A stretch of DNA of 62,739 bases, the filler included, from Circinaria calcarea (taxonomy: Eukaryota), in assembly GCA_051942165.1 (NCBI GenBank). It is 22 parts of 22 records of this genome, joined end to end, with 100 filler letters (N's around TTAATTAATTAA, not from the genome) between each part and the next. Parts side by side here need not be neighbours in the genome. Positions count along the whole stretch, not along the records: positions 22,934 to 25,692 come from JAVECS010003274.1; positions 25,793 to 28,551 come from JAVECS010003275.1; positions 28,652 to 31,409 come from JAVECS010003276.1; positions 31,510 to 34,267 come from JAVECS010003277.1; positions 34,368 to 37,123 come from JAVECS010003278.1; 17 more parts are not named here. One strand, given 5' to 3'. Made by a program: the position numbers and the translations under genes. This document shows positions 23,828 through 35,446 of this stretch, piece after piece. Each line of letters opens with the position of its first letter. The first letter of the stretch is position 1. The notes beneath the pieces were generated by a model, which searched no databases, had not been told where the DNA came from, and saw only the letters and a program-made list of their open reading frames with translations.

Positions 23828-24484
23828 TCACGTCGTCCCAATAACCAGCGACCCCACTATCCTGGACCTATCAAACACCTTTACCAATCCCGTCCCGAAT
23901 TGGTTCTTCTCCATGAAATCCTCCAGCACCCCCAACGCACGCCGCAAGACCTCCCAGGTCATCGGTTGGTTCTGATTCGTCATCGCGTACACGGTGAGAT
24001 GGTTTAGCGTGAAATGCCAGTGCGAATCCCCGATCGGTACGAACCGCGCACGGGCACCGAACCGGGCAAAATGATCTTGGATGGCGCCGACGGCTTCGTT
24101 GAGAAGGAGGTCGACCATGTGAGGGTTTGTGACGAGTTTGAGGAAGGTGACGCGGATGTAGGTGGTAGTGTGGGGGAGGCACCAGATTACACCGGAGTAG
24201 TCGGGTTCAGCGCGGGGGAAGAGAGGGGACGGGGACGCGGTGCTAGGTTCTAAGGCTCGACCGAAGATTCTGAGAAAGAAGATAGGTGATTGGCGATGTG
24301 TGGTCTGGTTGGGGAAGAGAACGGGGGCATTGCTTTCTACTTACGTCCCTGCAATCCTTGCTGGATTGTTGGCACAAGTTGGTAGGCCCCGACTGTGAAT
24401 TGCTGGATACGGAGCTGGTATCGCGGAAGTAAGAGTAGTAGAGTACGCCAAGAGAAGAACAGCGAGGAGACTGAAGGATTGCAT
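23828..24484 (-). CDS. Small secreted protein (about 193 aa, 2 exons), unknown function
   Basis: Signal peptide MQSFSLLAVLLLAYSTTLTSA. Intron 24270-24344 (GTAAGT...CAG) joins in frame to ...LFPRAEPDYSGVIWCLPHTTTYIRVTF...MTWEVLRRALGVLEDFM...VFDRSRIVGSLVIGTT*. Confidence 0.75.
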
Positions 24485-24886
24485 GCTGATGGCATGACTT
24501 AAGGACATGTGAAAGTTGAAGTTGTATGTATTTATTACCTTCAGCAATGAGAAAGGTGCTTATGTCTCCAGTGGGGACCATGACACAAATTAAAATGACA
24601 GGTGGTAGTATCACATACAGCTGAAGCACTCAAACAGGCTAATAGCTTACTACACAAGGCCCTTCAGTATGCGATGATGTTTCATGAGACTCATTAGGCC
24701 ATCCAACTCGGCCAACCGCTTTGAGGTCCCAGGCAGACACGTGCAAGAGCGGAAAATAAAACATATCAGCCTTGATCAAAATCATATTACCGTGGACCCG
24801 GTTGCTTTGCCAGCCAAGTAAGCGAGGAGAGCATACTAGCACCCAGATCCTCAAGACTGCCATCTGACAATCACCCTCCGACGAAT

Positions 24887-25692
24887 TCATGCATCTTCAT
24901 ACTTCATTATGCCAACGTCTAATGCTTTGATCTGCAGCGCCAGAAGTCTAGAGTAATACCTGCACAGCGCCAGGTTTCCTCCAAAGTACCAGAACCCAGG
25001 ATGTCCGGTGCGCCGCCACATGGTCCTGATCTCGCCCTCCTCATCGAATCCCCAAACATCCGTCACTCTGTCCGCAACTTCATCCCCGAAGATCTTTCTC
25101 GTCGTTTCACGCATGTTCCCATACCCAGTCGCGAAGACGATTTCGTCTGCTTCCAACTCGTCGCCATCCGAAAATGTGATACTGTGGGGGTTGACGCGCG
25201 TAATCTCTTGCCCCTGTTTGATCTTGATTTTACCATCGATGATAAGCTGCGATGCGCCAACGTCAATGTAGTAGCCCCCACCGCGGTGGAGGTATTTCAT
25301 CCACAGCCCAGAACTATCAGGTCCATTATCAAGAGCGAAACCAGCGGCAATCAGGCCGCGCAGGAGTGAAGTATCGCGTTTTGTTATTTCTTGAGTTGCG
25401 GCTATTTGAAAGCGCTTTAAAACCGGGTTGGGAATGGACATGTTAATCAGGTCAGCCTCTTCGACGGGTGGCTAGCAGGATGATAAAAGTGAGTTAGTAG
25501 TATGCTTTGATTGATAATATGAGAGGATAGCATGATCTAGGGAGAGGGGTTCTTACCCCGTCTTCGGAGTATAATCCTTTCATTGTCACATCGATAAGGG
25601 TTTCACTTCTGACAACGTGGGTGCTACTCCGCTGGACCATCGTAACATCATATCCGTGCTCGTAGTAGTCTCTAGCGATATCGTGGGCAGAG
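24887..25692 (-). CDS. Flavin-containing monooxygenase (FMO-like), C-terminal part
   Basis: SAHDIARDYYEHGYDVTMVQRSST, intron, then RGGGYYIDVGASQLIIDGKIK, IVFATGY and GHPGFWYFGGNLALCRYYSRLLALQIKA. Confidence 0.9.
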
Positions 25693-25792
25693 NNNNNNNN
25701 NNNNNNNNNNNNNNNNNNNNNNNNNNNNNNNNNNNNTTAATTAATTAANNNNNNNNNNNNNNNNNNNNNNNNNNNNNNNNNNNNNNNNNNNN

Positions 25793-26894
25793 GCGTCTCG
25801 CCCTCACCCCTCGTGGGCCTACTCTTCATTTCCGCATTGAAAAATACTCCCTATGTAAAGATATCCGAAAAGCAATGAAACATCCCAAAGGCGGTGGGAA
25901 AGAATACCTTACCGCTCCTCTCCTTGTCATGAACAATTTTACGTCCCCCCCTCCTGCCGACGGTCAGATTCCTGCAGTGCCTAAACACCTCGAGTCCCTT
26001 ACAACCACAATCTTCCAATCACTCTTCCCACCTATATCCCCCCAAACTACGCCCCTATCCTCAATCCGCAGAGTACTTCTCCTAAATCGCGAACTTCCCA
26101 CTTCGTCCTCTTCTTCATCTCTCGAGGAAGAGGGCTCTTACACCATAAACCTCCGCCACTATGCCATCACCACCAAGCGCACCGGCCTCTCCCGAAGCAT
26201 ACGACGCCTGAACGCCGCAGAAAAAATGCTAAAAGAACGCAAAGACAAACGAGGCGGTCTACCCAATCTCGGGAAGTTAGGGGACGTCGCAGATTATCTC
26301 CTCGACCCTTCCGCCGCAGCCGGCGGCTTTACATCCGGCAGCGAAAGTGAAATAGAAACCGACGCCGAGGTCGAAGTCCTCGAAACAATCACGCGGAAAG
26401 TCCCGAGCAAAAAGCAATTAAACGCCTACCGTACGGGAGAGAGTAAAGCCTCCAAGAGAGAAGGACCGCAAGTCGAAAAACGCGCAGTCAAGCTGGTAGA
26501 ACTGGGACCGAGGATGAAGCTGCGGATGACCAAGGTCGAAGAAAGCGTCTGCGGGGGTAAGGTGATGTGGCACGAGTTTCTGAGCAAGAGCAAGGAGGAA
26601 GTGAAGGAGATGGAGGCCGTTTGGGAAGCAAGGAGGCGGGAGAAAGAGGAGAGGAAAAGGGTGCAGAGAGAGAATGTGAAGAGGAAGAGGGTGGAGAGGG
26701 GTGTTGGTAGGAAGGGAAAGAGGGAGGAGGAAGAGGGTAGAGAGGGTGAAGAGAGGGAGGAGATGGATGAGGATGAGGATGAGGATGAGGATGGGAATGA
26801 AGACGAATGGGATAGTGAAGGCTTAGAGGGGGACGATGGGGAGGGTGTCATGGAGGTTGATGAGAGTGCTGCTAGGGAGGTTGTTGCTGGGTGA
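25793..26894 (+). CDS. SSF1: Ribosome biogenesis Brix-domain protein Ssf1/Peter Pan, 5' truncated
   Basis: PRGPTLHFRIEKYSLCKDI, PLLVMNNF, TTIFQSLFPPI, INLRHYAIT, KRAVKLVELGPRMKL and an acidic tail. Confidence 0.93.
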
Positions 26895-27534
26895 TTATAG
26901 TATATTCACAATTCAATGACTTTTCCAGGGTCCTTCTCAAGTGTAGGAAGTACTTGAGTGCAGACGAAGATGAACGAGGCTGAACAGTAAAAGTTGTTCT
27001 CAGAATGGGCACGTGGCCCTCCGAGTAACCCCTTTTGTGCAATTCACATCGTTCATGTCTTTCAAAGTCTGGAGAACATTTGTATTAGATTATGAATGCT
27101 TACAGTGAGGGTGACTTGTATGCGGATTTTCCACGTGACAAATCTCCCTTATCTGCTAGTGAGTTCTGCTTTGCTATCTTGCCAGCCGAAAGCAGGCCAA
27201 AATTCGCTGTTAATGCCGCTCTTCGTGTTCTTTGTTGACTGATCTCTGACAACGATGGTAGATCGAGTTTGAGGTTGACGCTAGTTCCGTTCATGGCCCC
27301 TTGATGACAAAACACCAGGAAATAAATGCAGATCTGGTTTGATTGTTGATGCTGCTACCGTTCAGTGACTAACTCCAAGTCAAATCCGACTAGGTTAATA
27401 GTGATTGCGGTCATTCAAAACCCTTGATGACCAACTTCCGGAGGGAAAAAAGCCGATAGAACTTACGAGCCTTGTTGCCATTTGCGCTTCTTAGTGACTA
27501 GCCTCGAGCAACCGGCTTCTCGCCACCATCTGAT

Positions 27535-28551
27535 CTAGACTCCCTGGTATACTCGGTGTGCCAGTCGGCATTTGCGACCTTGCTTTCGGACAGGTTCCCC
27601 ATTCTTGACACAGTCCAAGCAGAGTCCGAAGAAGGCGTTCTTTACTTTATCTTTCGCGCGGCGGACCACGAGAGTAAAGTCCGTCTTACAGGCTATGCAG
27701 GTTTGATGCTGGGTCGCTGTTTGGAAGTTACAATCGTCCAGGTTCGACAGAATGGTGTCCAAGCCCCATGTTGCACTATGCTGTGCCAACGGCCAGATAT
27801 CTTGCCAATGTAACGTCGAGAGATATCTGCTAATATGCGTACTGTCGCACTCTGAAAAGTATGTATCATTATGAGATGCTGCACTTTTGGGGTCTAACCC
27901 GCGAGACGGTTGGTTATTAAGCAGCGGTTTTTTTAGCATTGGCGTCATGGCTCCCTGTAGCTCATCAAGCAGACATCTCATAGTGTTCTCTTGCGTCGTA
28001 AGAATCTTGGCTAGAAGGGGTAAGTGATAAATTTCAAGATCCTATAATTATGGACTTACCAATCACTTTCATCCACAGCGATGGTTTATCTACCGTATCC
28101 ATCAGTCCACTACAATTGTGAGCAGCGTCATGAAGGTTAGTACCCGAGCGAGAGTATACAAGTAGTTTGGTGATCTGACGAAACCTTCGGTGATCATCGA
28201 AGGCGTAGGTCAGGTAGAGTAGGCGATAGTCAAGATTTTCCTGGATTTCTGCCTTCAGGATGAGGTCGCTAATATGATTTCCGCTCCACTGTGAAACCGC
28301 TGAAACGCAATCGTATTTATCGGCAGTGGTGGCCAAATGTATGAGGAATTCCGTTGATGGACTACTAGTAGTACACTCGTAGCGGTGATGCAGTATGCCA
28401 CATAAGGTGATCATAGCTTCCGTATCATCTTCCGGCATATCTACATCGAGCATACCATTCTTGATCGTGCTTCCTTCGGCAAAGTGTGGGCCCAGCATTG
28501 CACGGAAAACCTTCGAGGCTAGACTGAGGACTTTGGACGATACTCGCAGTT
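27535..28551 (-). CDS. BTB/POZ-domain protein (fungal type), 5' truncated, 2 visible exons
   Basis: LRVSSKVLSLASKVFRAMLGPHFAEG, MPEDDTEAMITLCGILHHR, LATTADKYDC. GTAAGT intron near 28060. C-terminal FFGLCLDCVKNG motif. Confidence 0.82.
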
Positions 28552-28651
28552 NNNNNNNNNNNNNNNNNNNNNNNNNNNNNNNNNNNNNNNNNNNNTTAAT
28601 TAATTAANNNNNNNNNNNNNNNNNNNNNNNNNNNNNNNNNNNNNNNNNNNN

Positions 28652-29245
28652 CGATGCAAGGTCTATTCCTGTGTTTCCGTACCTTTTTCGTCGACAGCCT
28701 GTCTACTCCGCCATGAGCGAGAAGCCCACGGAATGCACGGCCATGGGGAGAAGCCGTATCTTTGTACCTACGAGGACTGTGATAGATCCACTGTTGGAAA
28801 CGGCTTTCCACGCCGATGGAATCTGCAAGATCATATGAAGAGAGTACACGATTATACTGCACCCCCATCCTCGACTGGAAGTACTTCGCCCACACCATCA
28901 TCAGTGGGTTCTCAGCATCATGGTAAGGCTACCCTGCCGATCCGCAAAAGAAGGACCTCCAACAACTCTCAGCCCCCGGCCCCTAAGCGGACGAAGTCAA
29001 TAGCTGGCGCCAACACTACTTCCAAGGCGCCCAAAAGTAGCTTGGCTTCAAATTCACAAGGGAAGCAGCGTCAGACAATGCAAAAAAAATGGCGCGAACA
29101 GCATGCCGCCTTGAAGGACCGCCTGGAGGCCTTGGACCCCACGGATGCTTTGGGCCACCAACAGATTGGAGCTGACTACCAACTTCTTCAAAGCATTGGA
29201 GCCAATATCCGACGCATCGAAGCCGGGCAACTTGCTAACAATTAA
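28652..29245 (+). CDS. C2H2 zinc-finger transcription factor, C-terminal part
   Basis: CKVYSC...FSSTACLLRHEREAH, linker GEKPY, then CTYEDC...FPRRWNLQDHMKRVH. Basic NLS-like RKRR. Confidence 0.88.
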   Translation, partial: RCKVYSCVSVPFSSTACLLRHEREAHGMHGHGEKPYLCTYEDCDRSTVGNGFPRRWNLQDHMKRVHDYTAPPSSTGSTSPTPSSVGSQHHGKATLPIRKRRTSNNSQPPAPKRTKSIAGANTTSKAPKSSLASNSQGKQRQTMQKKWREQHAALKDRLEALDPTDALGHQQIGADYQLLQSIGANIRRIEAGQLANN

Positions 29246-31180
29246 TGACCTACCAAGTATTACGACATCCACATGGAAGCCCATTTACAGCGGATTATAG
29301 ATCCTAGGATACACTACAGGAGGAAGTCGCAGCCCACAGTATGCGCATCATGATTCCAGTCATGATTGCGCGTTATCTTTTCATTGTGTTTTTGTGTACC
29401 AGTGTGGATATCTCCCTGTAGGACCTTGGAGAGGAGCGTTTATTCCAAAAATATACCAGATGGATTCCATGTGGACATGATTTCCACGAGGACTTCTCTT
29501 ACGTGATATTGAACATATCACGAGAATTGGAGGGCTAACGTGTTTTCACCTGTGTACTGTTTGAACTTTTGCATAACGACGCTGATGTTCTGCTATTGAT
29601 TTTCGATTTCACTACTGGTGGATGTTTGGTATGTTTGTTTCGGTGGTGTTCTCATGATACACGTATGGAGGGGACTTTATTCTTGATGGAAGCCAAGGGG
29701 ATACATACAAAGGACAACTGCTACAAGTAAAACAAAATTCAACATTGATCTGTGAACCTGCTGTTCCCTACAGGAACATATGGGAGCATAGTAGAAAGGC
29801 CTTGTTCTACCAAACTGTGGAGCTAATGCCCTAACACGGAGATAAAAGATCTCTGGATCAAACTAGAGCCCAAAGTTGACTGATCAACTTATTTCACCCT
29901 GTCAATGGATCGAGCGCTGTAACCCAAGAAGATTCATGATACCGATGAAAGGATCCAAGGAGAAGAACTAGATTAGATGATTTTCTCCACCAAAATCAAA
30001 TGCTTTTGAGTACTCACTCCATTTCGGGGACAGTAAAAACTTGGGGCTATCCATCCATTACAACTTTTATACCTGAGCAGGAGCTTTAATTAAAAAATTC
30101 GAAGCTCTGTCCTTTTCTTTCTACATCTAAACCTCCAACCTCCAACCTTCTCCCCAAGCTAACCAAGGAAAATACCGAGTGCCCCAAAAAAATATCTTTT
30201 CCCGCATCGCCAGATCGATCGATCGATTAATCCGAGGAAGTGCTGCTGCAGAACAATACCATGAAGAGAAATCTGCAGCCGTCAGGCGCATTGCACTGAT
30301 TTGATTGAATTCTCGCCTGCGGGTCCAAGACTTTCCATTCTGCCAGACCAACGGAAGTAAGGAAGGATGCTTCCATCTATCTCTAGAGACATACGAGGAG
30401 CGTTTTACCATTCTACCTCTCAAAACGCCTGACCAATGTAACCATTCCAGAAACCCCAACGGCAACGGCAACTTCTCCCCTCTCTATTCTATTCTATACT
30501 ATACTATACCAACATACACTTTCCTCCCCGGCCAAATCTCAAGCCTTCATTCACCTCGCAACCCGGGACATGGATCCTCATGCGGCCTACTTACTACCCC
30601 GCTATGGCCATTACGCCCCGAATAGAAAGAAAGAACGGAGAGAAAAGAAGAGAAAAGAAACAGACCACAGCTGCGTCTTTCGCCGATCGGTCGTCCAACC
30701 CACCCAGCCAGCTGGCTGCTAATCAGGCCCAATCTCCGGTTTCGGTCCTCTAGAGCGGGACGGGATGCCTAGGTTTTTTTTTTAAACAAGTCTATAATCA
30801 CATGTGGGAGGTAAAGGGGGCATGTTGTGATATATATACAGTTGGGTTGGGGTTGGAGGGGAAGGGGGGTGGCCAGCCAATTTCTGGCAATACTGGTACA
30901 GAGTTCCCACTTGTAATAGATGTTGAACCAAGTGGATGAAAGCCAAGACTCCACATGCAAAAAGAGATTATGCTACACAAACAATGGATCCGTATCCCAA
31001 CCGGCTACTGCTACAACTACCTGCCCCTTCTACCCCTCGCCGGAATAGCTCTGCCACTCAAACTCAGACCCGTACCGTCTCCACCCCTTTCCTCGTCATT
31101 CCAGTCAGAAATACGTCCACCATCGAATCCTTGCCCCAGGGTCCAAGGCTCTCACAGAACACATTGGCACGCGGTTGACA

Positions 31181-31409
31181 GAATTCTCGGCACACCAAAA
31201 CTCCGCCCCACCTAATTTCTACGCAACACCACGACTTTTTCCCACTACACCACATACAACTTCTATGCAAAATGCCGAGGAAATGTCGAGTCACCTCTCT
31301 TGTTCTTGGAATCATAAATTAAATCACGACTTTCCTATACCTGCTAAATAATTGTATGTGATGTTGCGAGGAAATTAGGTGGGGCGGAGTTTTGGTGTGC
31401 CGAGAATTC
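31181..31409. mobile_element. MITE with perfect TIRs of at least 39 bp, right end cut by the contig boundary
   Basis: 31181-31219 GAATTCTCGGCACACCAAAACTCCGCCCCACCTAATTTC is the exact reverse complement of 31371-31409. Imperfect similarity continues about 13 bp inward. Confidence 0.85.
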
Positions 31410-31509
31410 NNNNNNNNNNNNNNNNNNNNNNNNNNNNNNNNNNNNNNNNNNNNTTAATTAATTAANNNNNNNNNNNNNNNNNNNNNNNNNNNNNNNNNNN
31501 NNNNNNNNN

Positions 31510-32167
31510 CCCGCCAACCTGCTACAACGACCTCGTCCTGATCCCCGCCTGCACGGCCGCCTACATCCTCGCCCTCACCCTGCTCCCCCTCCCCTTCGAC
31601 ACCGCCACCCCGCTCGCCATCCTCTACCTCCAATTCCTCGCCTCGGCCCTCGAGATCCTACGCCTGCACGCCGCCGGCCTCGGCGTTGGCCTGCTGCCCC
31701 TCACCCTACTAGGAATCGTCCTCGCCGGCACCTTGCACCTGACGGGCGGCTTCGGCGGCCGCGTGCGTGGCTGGTGGGCCGCGACGCTGGCGCTGTGGGC
31801 CAGTCTGATCTGGGCGCTGTGGCGCAAGATGAGCTGGTTGGACACCGAGGGCCCGGGTTTCTCCGGTTCCGGTCTGGGAGGAGGAGGAAGCGAACGGGGA
31901 AAGGCAGGGAGGGTGCAGGCGGGGACAACGGCCTATTACGTGACGGATCAGGTGACGGACGTGGCGGGCCAGATTGTGCTCTATATGCTGCTGATTGTGG
32001 TGACGGTGTTGTTTGCGGGTATTCAGCTGGTGGAGCCCGGGGCGGAGGGAGGGGATGATTTGGCGTCGAAGGCGACTCCTATCCCTATCCCTGTGCCTAC
32101 TCCTACCCGTACGCCTGCTTCGGCGTCGGAACCGCGTCGACAGTCTTATGTGAGGTTGAGGAAGTAA
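31510..32167 (+). CDS. Fungal multi-pass membrane protein of unknown function, 5' truncated
   Basis: Open from the contig start (PPTCYNDLVLIP...). About five hydrophobic helices; motifs LEILRL, GLGVGLLP, YYVTDQVTDVA. Strong GC3 bias. Confidence 0.7.
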
Positions 32168-32505
32168 AGATATGAGGAGGGAGGGAGAAGGAAGGGAGAA
32201 GGAAGGGGAAAAGGGGTTTGACAGCGGTATAGAGGACCCGATTTCCTTACATGTACGAAGCAAAAAGCATTGATGCGGATTTTGCTTCCTTTGTAGTCGG
32301 CCACTGAGAATGGAGTTTGGGAGTTTGGACTTGGACTTTTGAATCCTAATCTCCCGAGATTTAGCGGGTCTGCGAAGGGACTTTATTATTAAGTGGGATA
32401 TCCTGATTTGCTACGCCCCCACTATCCCAAGTACGCCACGACCCTAGTAGAGATGGTGCAATGTCCAGAGTGAATAGGGGAATCTTTTCAGAACCCCAAA
32501 GCGCC

Positions 32506-34186
32506 TTAGAACCTCGAAATGTCCCTTCCAAAAGCCCAATTGAGAGCCCTAACCACAAACGTCAGCAATATGTTACCGTAGAATCCCACTTGGGAACCGC
32601 AAAACACCAACCAATATGTCGGAATCAAAATCTTGTTCCTCCAGCTCACGCTCATAGTCACATACGCGCCCCTCCAGATCAGCCACGCGCTTCGTCCTGT
32701 GATACGATGGTGATGCCCCGTTTGTAGCAAGCCCCTCGCGCCTCCAAGATACGCCATGATGCCCACATTCTTGAAGCTGTATGTTTTGGTCTCCAGGTCG
32801 TCTCTGTTTAAACGCTTGCCGAGCCAGAGAGCTTGCTGGTTGGCGTTTTGAGCGGTTGCTGGTAGAGCGCCGGATTCTAGCATGGCATTGTCGCCAATGG
32901 CGAAGACGTCTGTCATCAAGGCCTTGGCTTGAGGCTCCGGTGGGTTCTCGCTTCCTTTGCTTTCGGGGAGTGGAGCATGCAACTGGACCCGAAGGTGATC
33001 ATCTACGAGTATTGCGCCGGTGCGACTATCTTTCTTGATCATCCATTCCCCATGTTCGAGACGCTGCTTGAGCCTACCGTGATCAACTCCTTCAACGGTG
33101 GCCGATGTTTTCGGGAATTCATGACGTTTCCCTAGCACCTTCTGCACAAAGGGGTTCATCATGTTACCGGTAGTCCATACACACATGCCGACTCCAATGT
33201 CGCCATCCTCCTTGGTCCTCAATTTGAAGCAGCTTCCGCTATCTGCTACACCATCCACCTCTTGCCCTTCTGTATTTGGCAATCCGCGTTTCAATTCCTC
33301 AACGTGGTGTTCAGTCTTGATATCGATATGATGTCTTTTGAAGGTTTCCATAGCATATTTGCTTAAGCTCTCATCAAACATGCTCAGGACTTTTGGTGCT
33401 ACATCGTAGACGGTAATCTTTGCAAATTCTGCAAGGTCGGGATAGAGCTTGAGCAGATCGTCATGCACCAAGTCATTCAGCTCAGCGCTAAACTCCATAC
33501 CCGTTGGCCCACCTCCAACAACTGCAAAATGCAACAGTTGCCTCTTCAACTGGTCGCTTGTGGTCGGCAAGGCTGCAATCTCATAACATTCCAGAATCCT
33601 CTTTCTGATTTTCCTAGTATCCGCAACATCTTTCAAGAAAAAGGCGTTTTCTCTAACGCCTTCAGTATGGAAGGTCTGATTGTAGCAACCAACGCTGATC
33701 ACCAACTTATCATAGGCAACATCAAACATCTTCCCTTTCCGTATCTTTGCACTCTTTTCCCTTTGCTCTTCTCCATCCTTATACTTCCCATACCTGTCCC
33801 CCACTGCTCCCGATTGTTTGGGGTTCATAATACTCTCTTCTACCCGTACGATCTTCTTATGGAAGTCAACGTCGTCCGCCCATGCTTGTATGAATTCGAC
33901 GTTTGGATACCGCCTGTTACGAATAGGCTCTAGAGTGGTACGGAACTCGAGTGTACCAACCGCAGTACCAGCTAACAGAGGGGTGAATACGAAGTAGGAG
34001 CGAGGGGAAACGACAACAGTTTGGTATTTCTTTGCAGAGAGTTGACGCGAAAGAACATAACCTACGATAGCAAACGATTAACTATCCGCTAATAATGGAG
34101 GATATCTCCTGGTGGGAAGACAAAGTAAGCACCTGCCCAGCCAGAGCCTAAAATCACAACTCGTTCGCGATCTCCCTTACGAGCAT
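32506..34186 (-). CDS. Type II (alternative) NADH:ubiquinone oxidoreductase, 5' exon missing
   Basis: VVILGSGWAG (FAD), FVFTPLLAGTAVGTLEFR, VVGGGPTGMEFSAEL (NADH), VFAIGD, LPATAQ and the C-terminus FGRDISRF. Introns near 34062-34131 and at 32549-32611. Confidence 0.93.
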
Positions 34187-34521
34187 CTATATTGGAAGTA
34201 GCAATGGTTCGAATTTGAGAAAACAACACAGCAGCTTTATTAGTGTCATGGAGCGAACCAGAGATAANNNNNNNNNNNNNNNNNNNNNNNNNNNNNNNNN
34301 NNNNNNNNNNNTTAATTAATTAANNNNNNNNNNNNNNNNNNNNNNNNNNNNNNNNNNNNNNNNNNNNGTTGATGGTGGAAAATCTGCAGGGGGAGAAGGA
34401 GGCGGAACCGCAGCGACGGGGTGGTAGCTGTGGAGACGAAGGAAATGGGAGACGAAACGTGGAAAGGAAGGCAATGGGGATATTTGTCACCTCCCAACCT
34501 GAAAAGGAAGAAAGAAGTCAC

Positions 34522-34914
34522 CTGGTAGTCATAAAACGGCAGTGGACCAAGGCGAAATCCTTCTTCAAACACTGCCCCGGCCAGAAAGACCAGTTTACAG
34601 ACTCCGCCCGGCTTCCCTTCGGCTTTTCGTTCCTGAACGCTCAGCTCTTTGATCGCGTTGGAGCCCAGAAAGCCGCCGGCGGAATGGAGGATGAGAAGGA
34701 CCTCCTTGCCGTCCTCGACGAGCGGTGCAATGACGGCTCGGATAGCAGCGATGTCGTCGTGCATGGAGGGGTTGTTGGGAGACGGTTTGCCGGTACTGGA
34801 GAGCGGGGCGGTGACGGTCTCGTAGCCGTGCTTGGAGAGATCGGTGGCGATCTTGGAGAAAGGGGAGGGACCTTCCCAGAAGCCCGGGACGATAACGATA
34901 CTTGGTTTGCTCAT
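34522..34914 (-). CDS. Alpha/beta hydrolase (Abhydrolase_6-like), first exon
   Basis: MSKPSIVIVPGFW, DDIAAIRAVI, nucleophile elbow LHSAGG, KLVFLAG. Donor GTGACT at 34521; the rest is lost at the contig end. Confidence 0.85.
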
Positions 34915-35446
34915 GTCTATTGCTTTCTTTTTTGTTTTTTGTTTTTTTTTTTGGTAGAAGGCACTCTTCTCCACGGGGAGAGTGTGGGATTAGGGCGGAC
35001 ATGGTTCGCCCTCCCAACCAAGTCAAATCCAAAAGCAGATGCAGGGAGTCCTCCATCCTTGTGGATAAATGGACAGCACGGCAAGGTCTCGACTGAATCG
35101 CATTAGCTGATTCCCAGACTTACCCCTTGGCATTATTAGCTCGGTATCAGCCACGAAATATAATACAAGAGTCTTTTAAAACCCCTTTAATTTCAGCTAG
35201 TCAGCTGAACCCAATGCGACAAGTATGTAATGTAACGGGATTGGGGGCTGAGATGATTGGTTGATCCACTGCATGCCTTATTTTGAGATATTTCTTTCCC
35301 CAGCAAGAGACGACTACCAAAAGTCAGGCTAACCCCTAGGCCTTTAATTACATATTCACGGAGCATCGAAAACTTTGCTCTTCAATGAAAAGGCGACTGA
35401 GAAGCCGAGAGGAGATCCAACGGTATCCAGCTGTTAAAGTGTAGTA

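Noticed and set aside
20073..25692. Apparent secondary-metabolite cluster (P450 plus flavin monooxygenase)
   Set aside because: The genes lie on different contigs separated by a spacer, and no backbone enzyme is present.
34369..35106. 245-aa plus-strand ORF, and similar long ORFs at 26426, 31709, 52894 and 61517
   Set aside because: Antisense shadows of real genes on the opposite strand.
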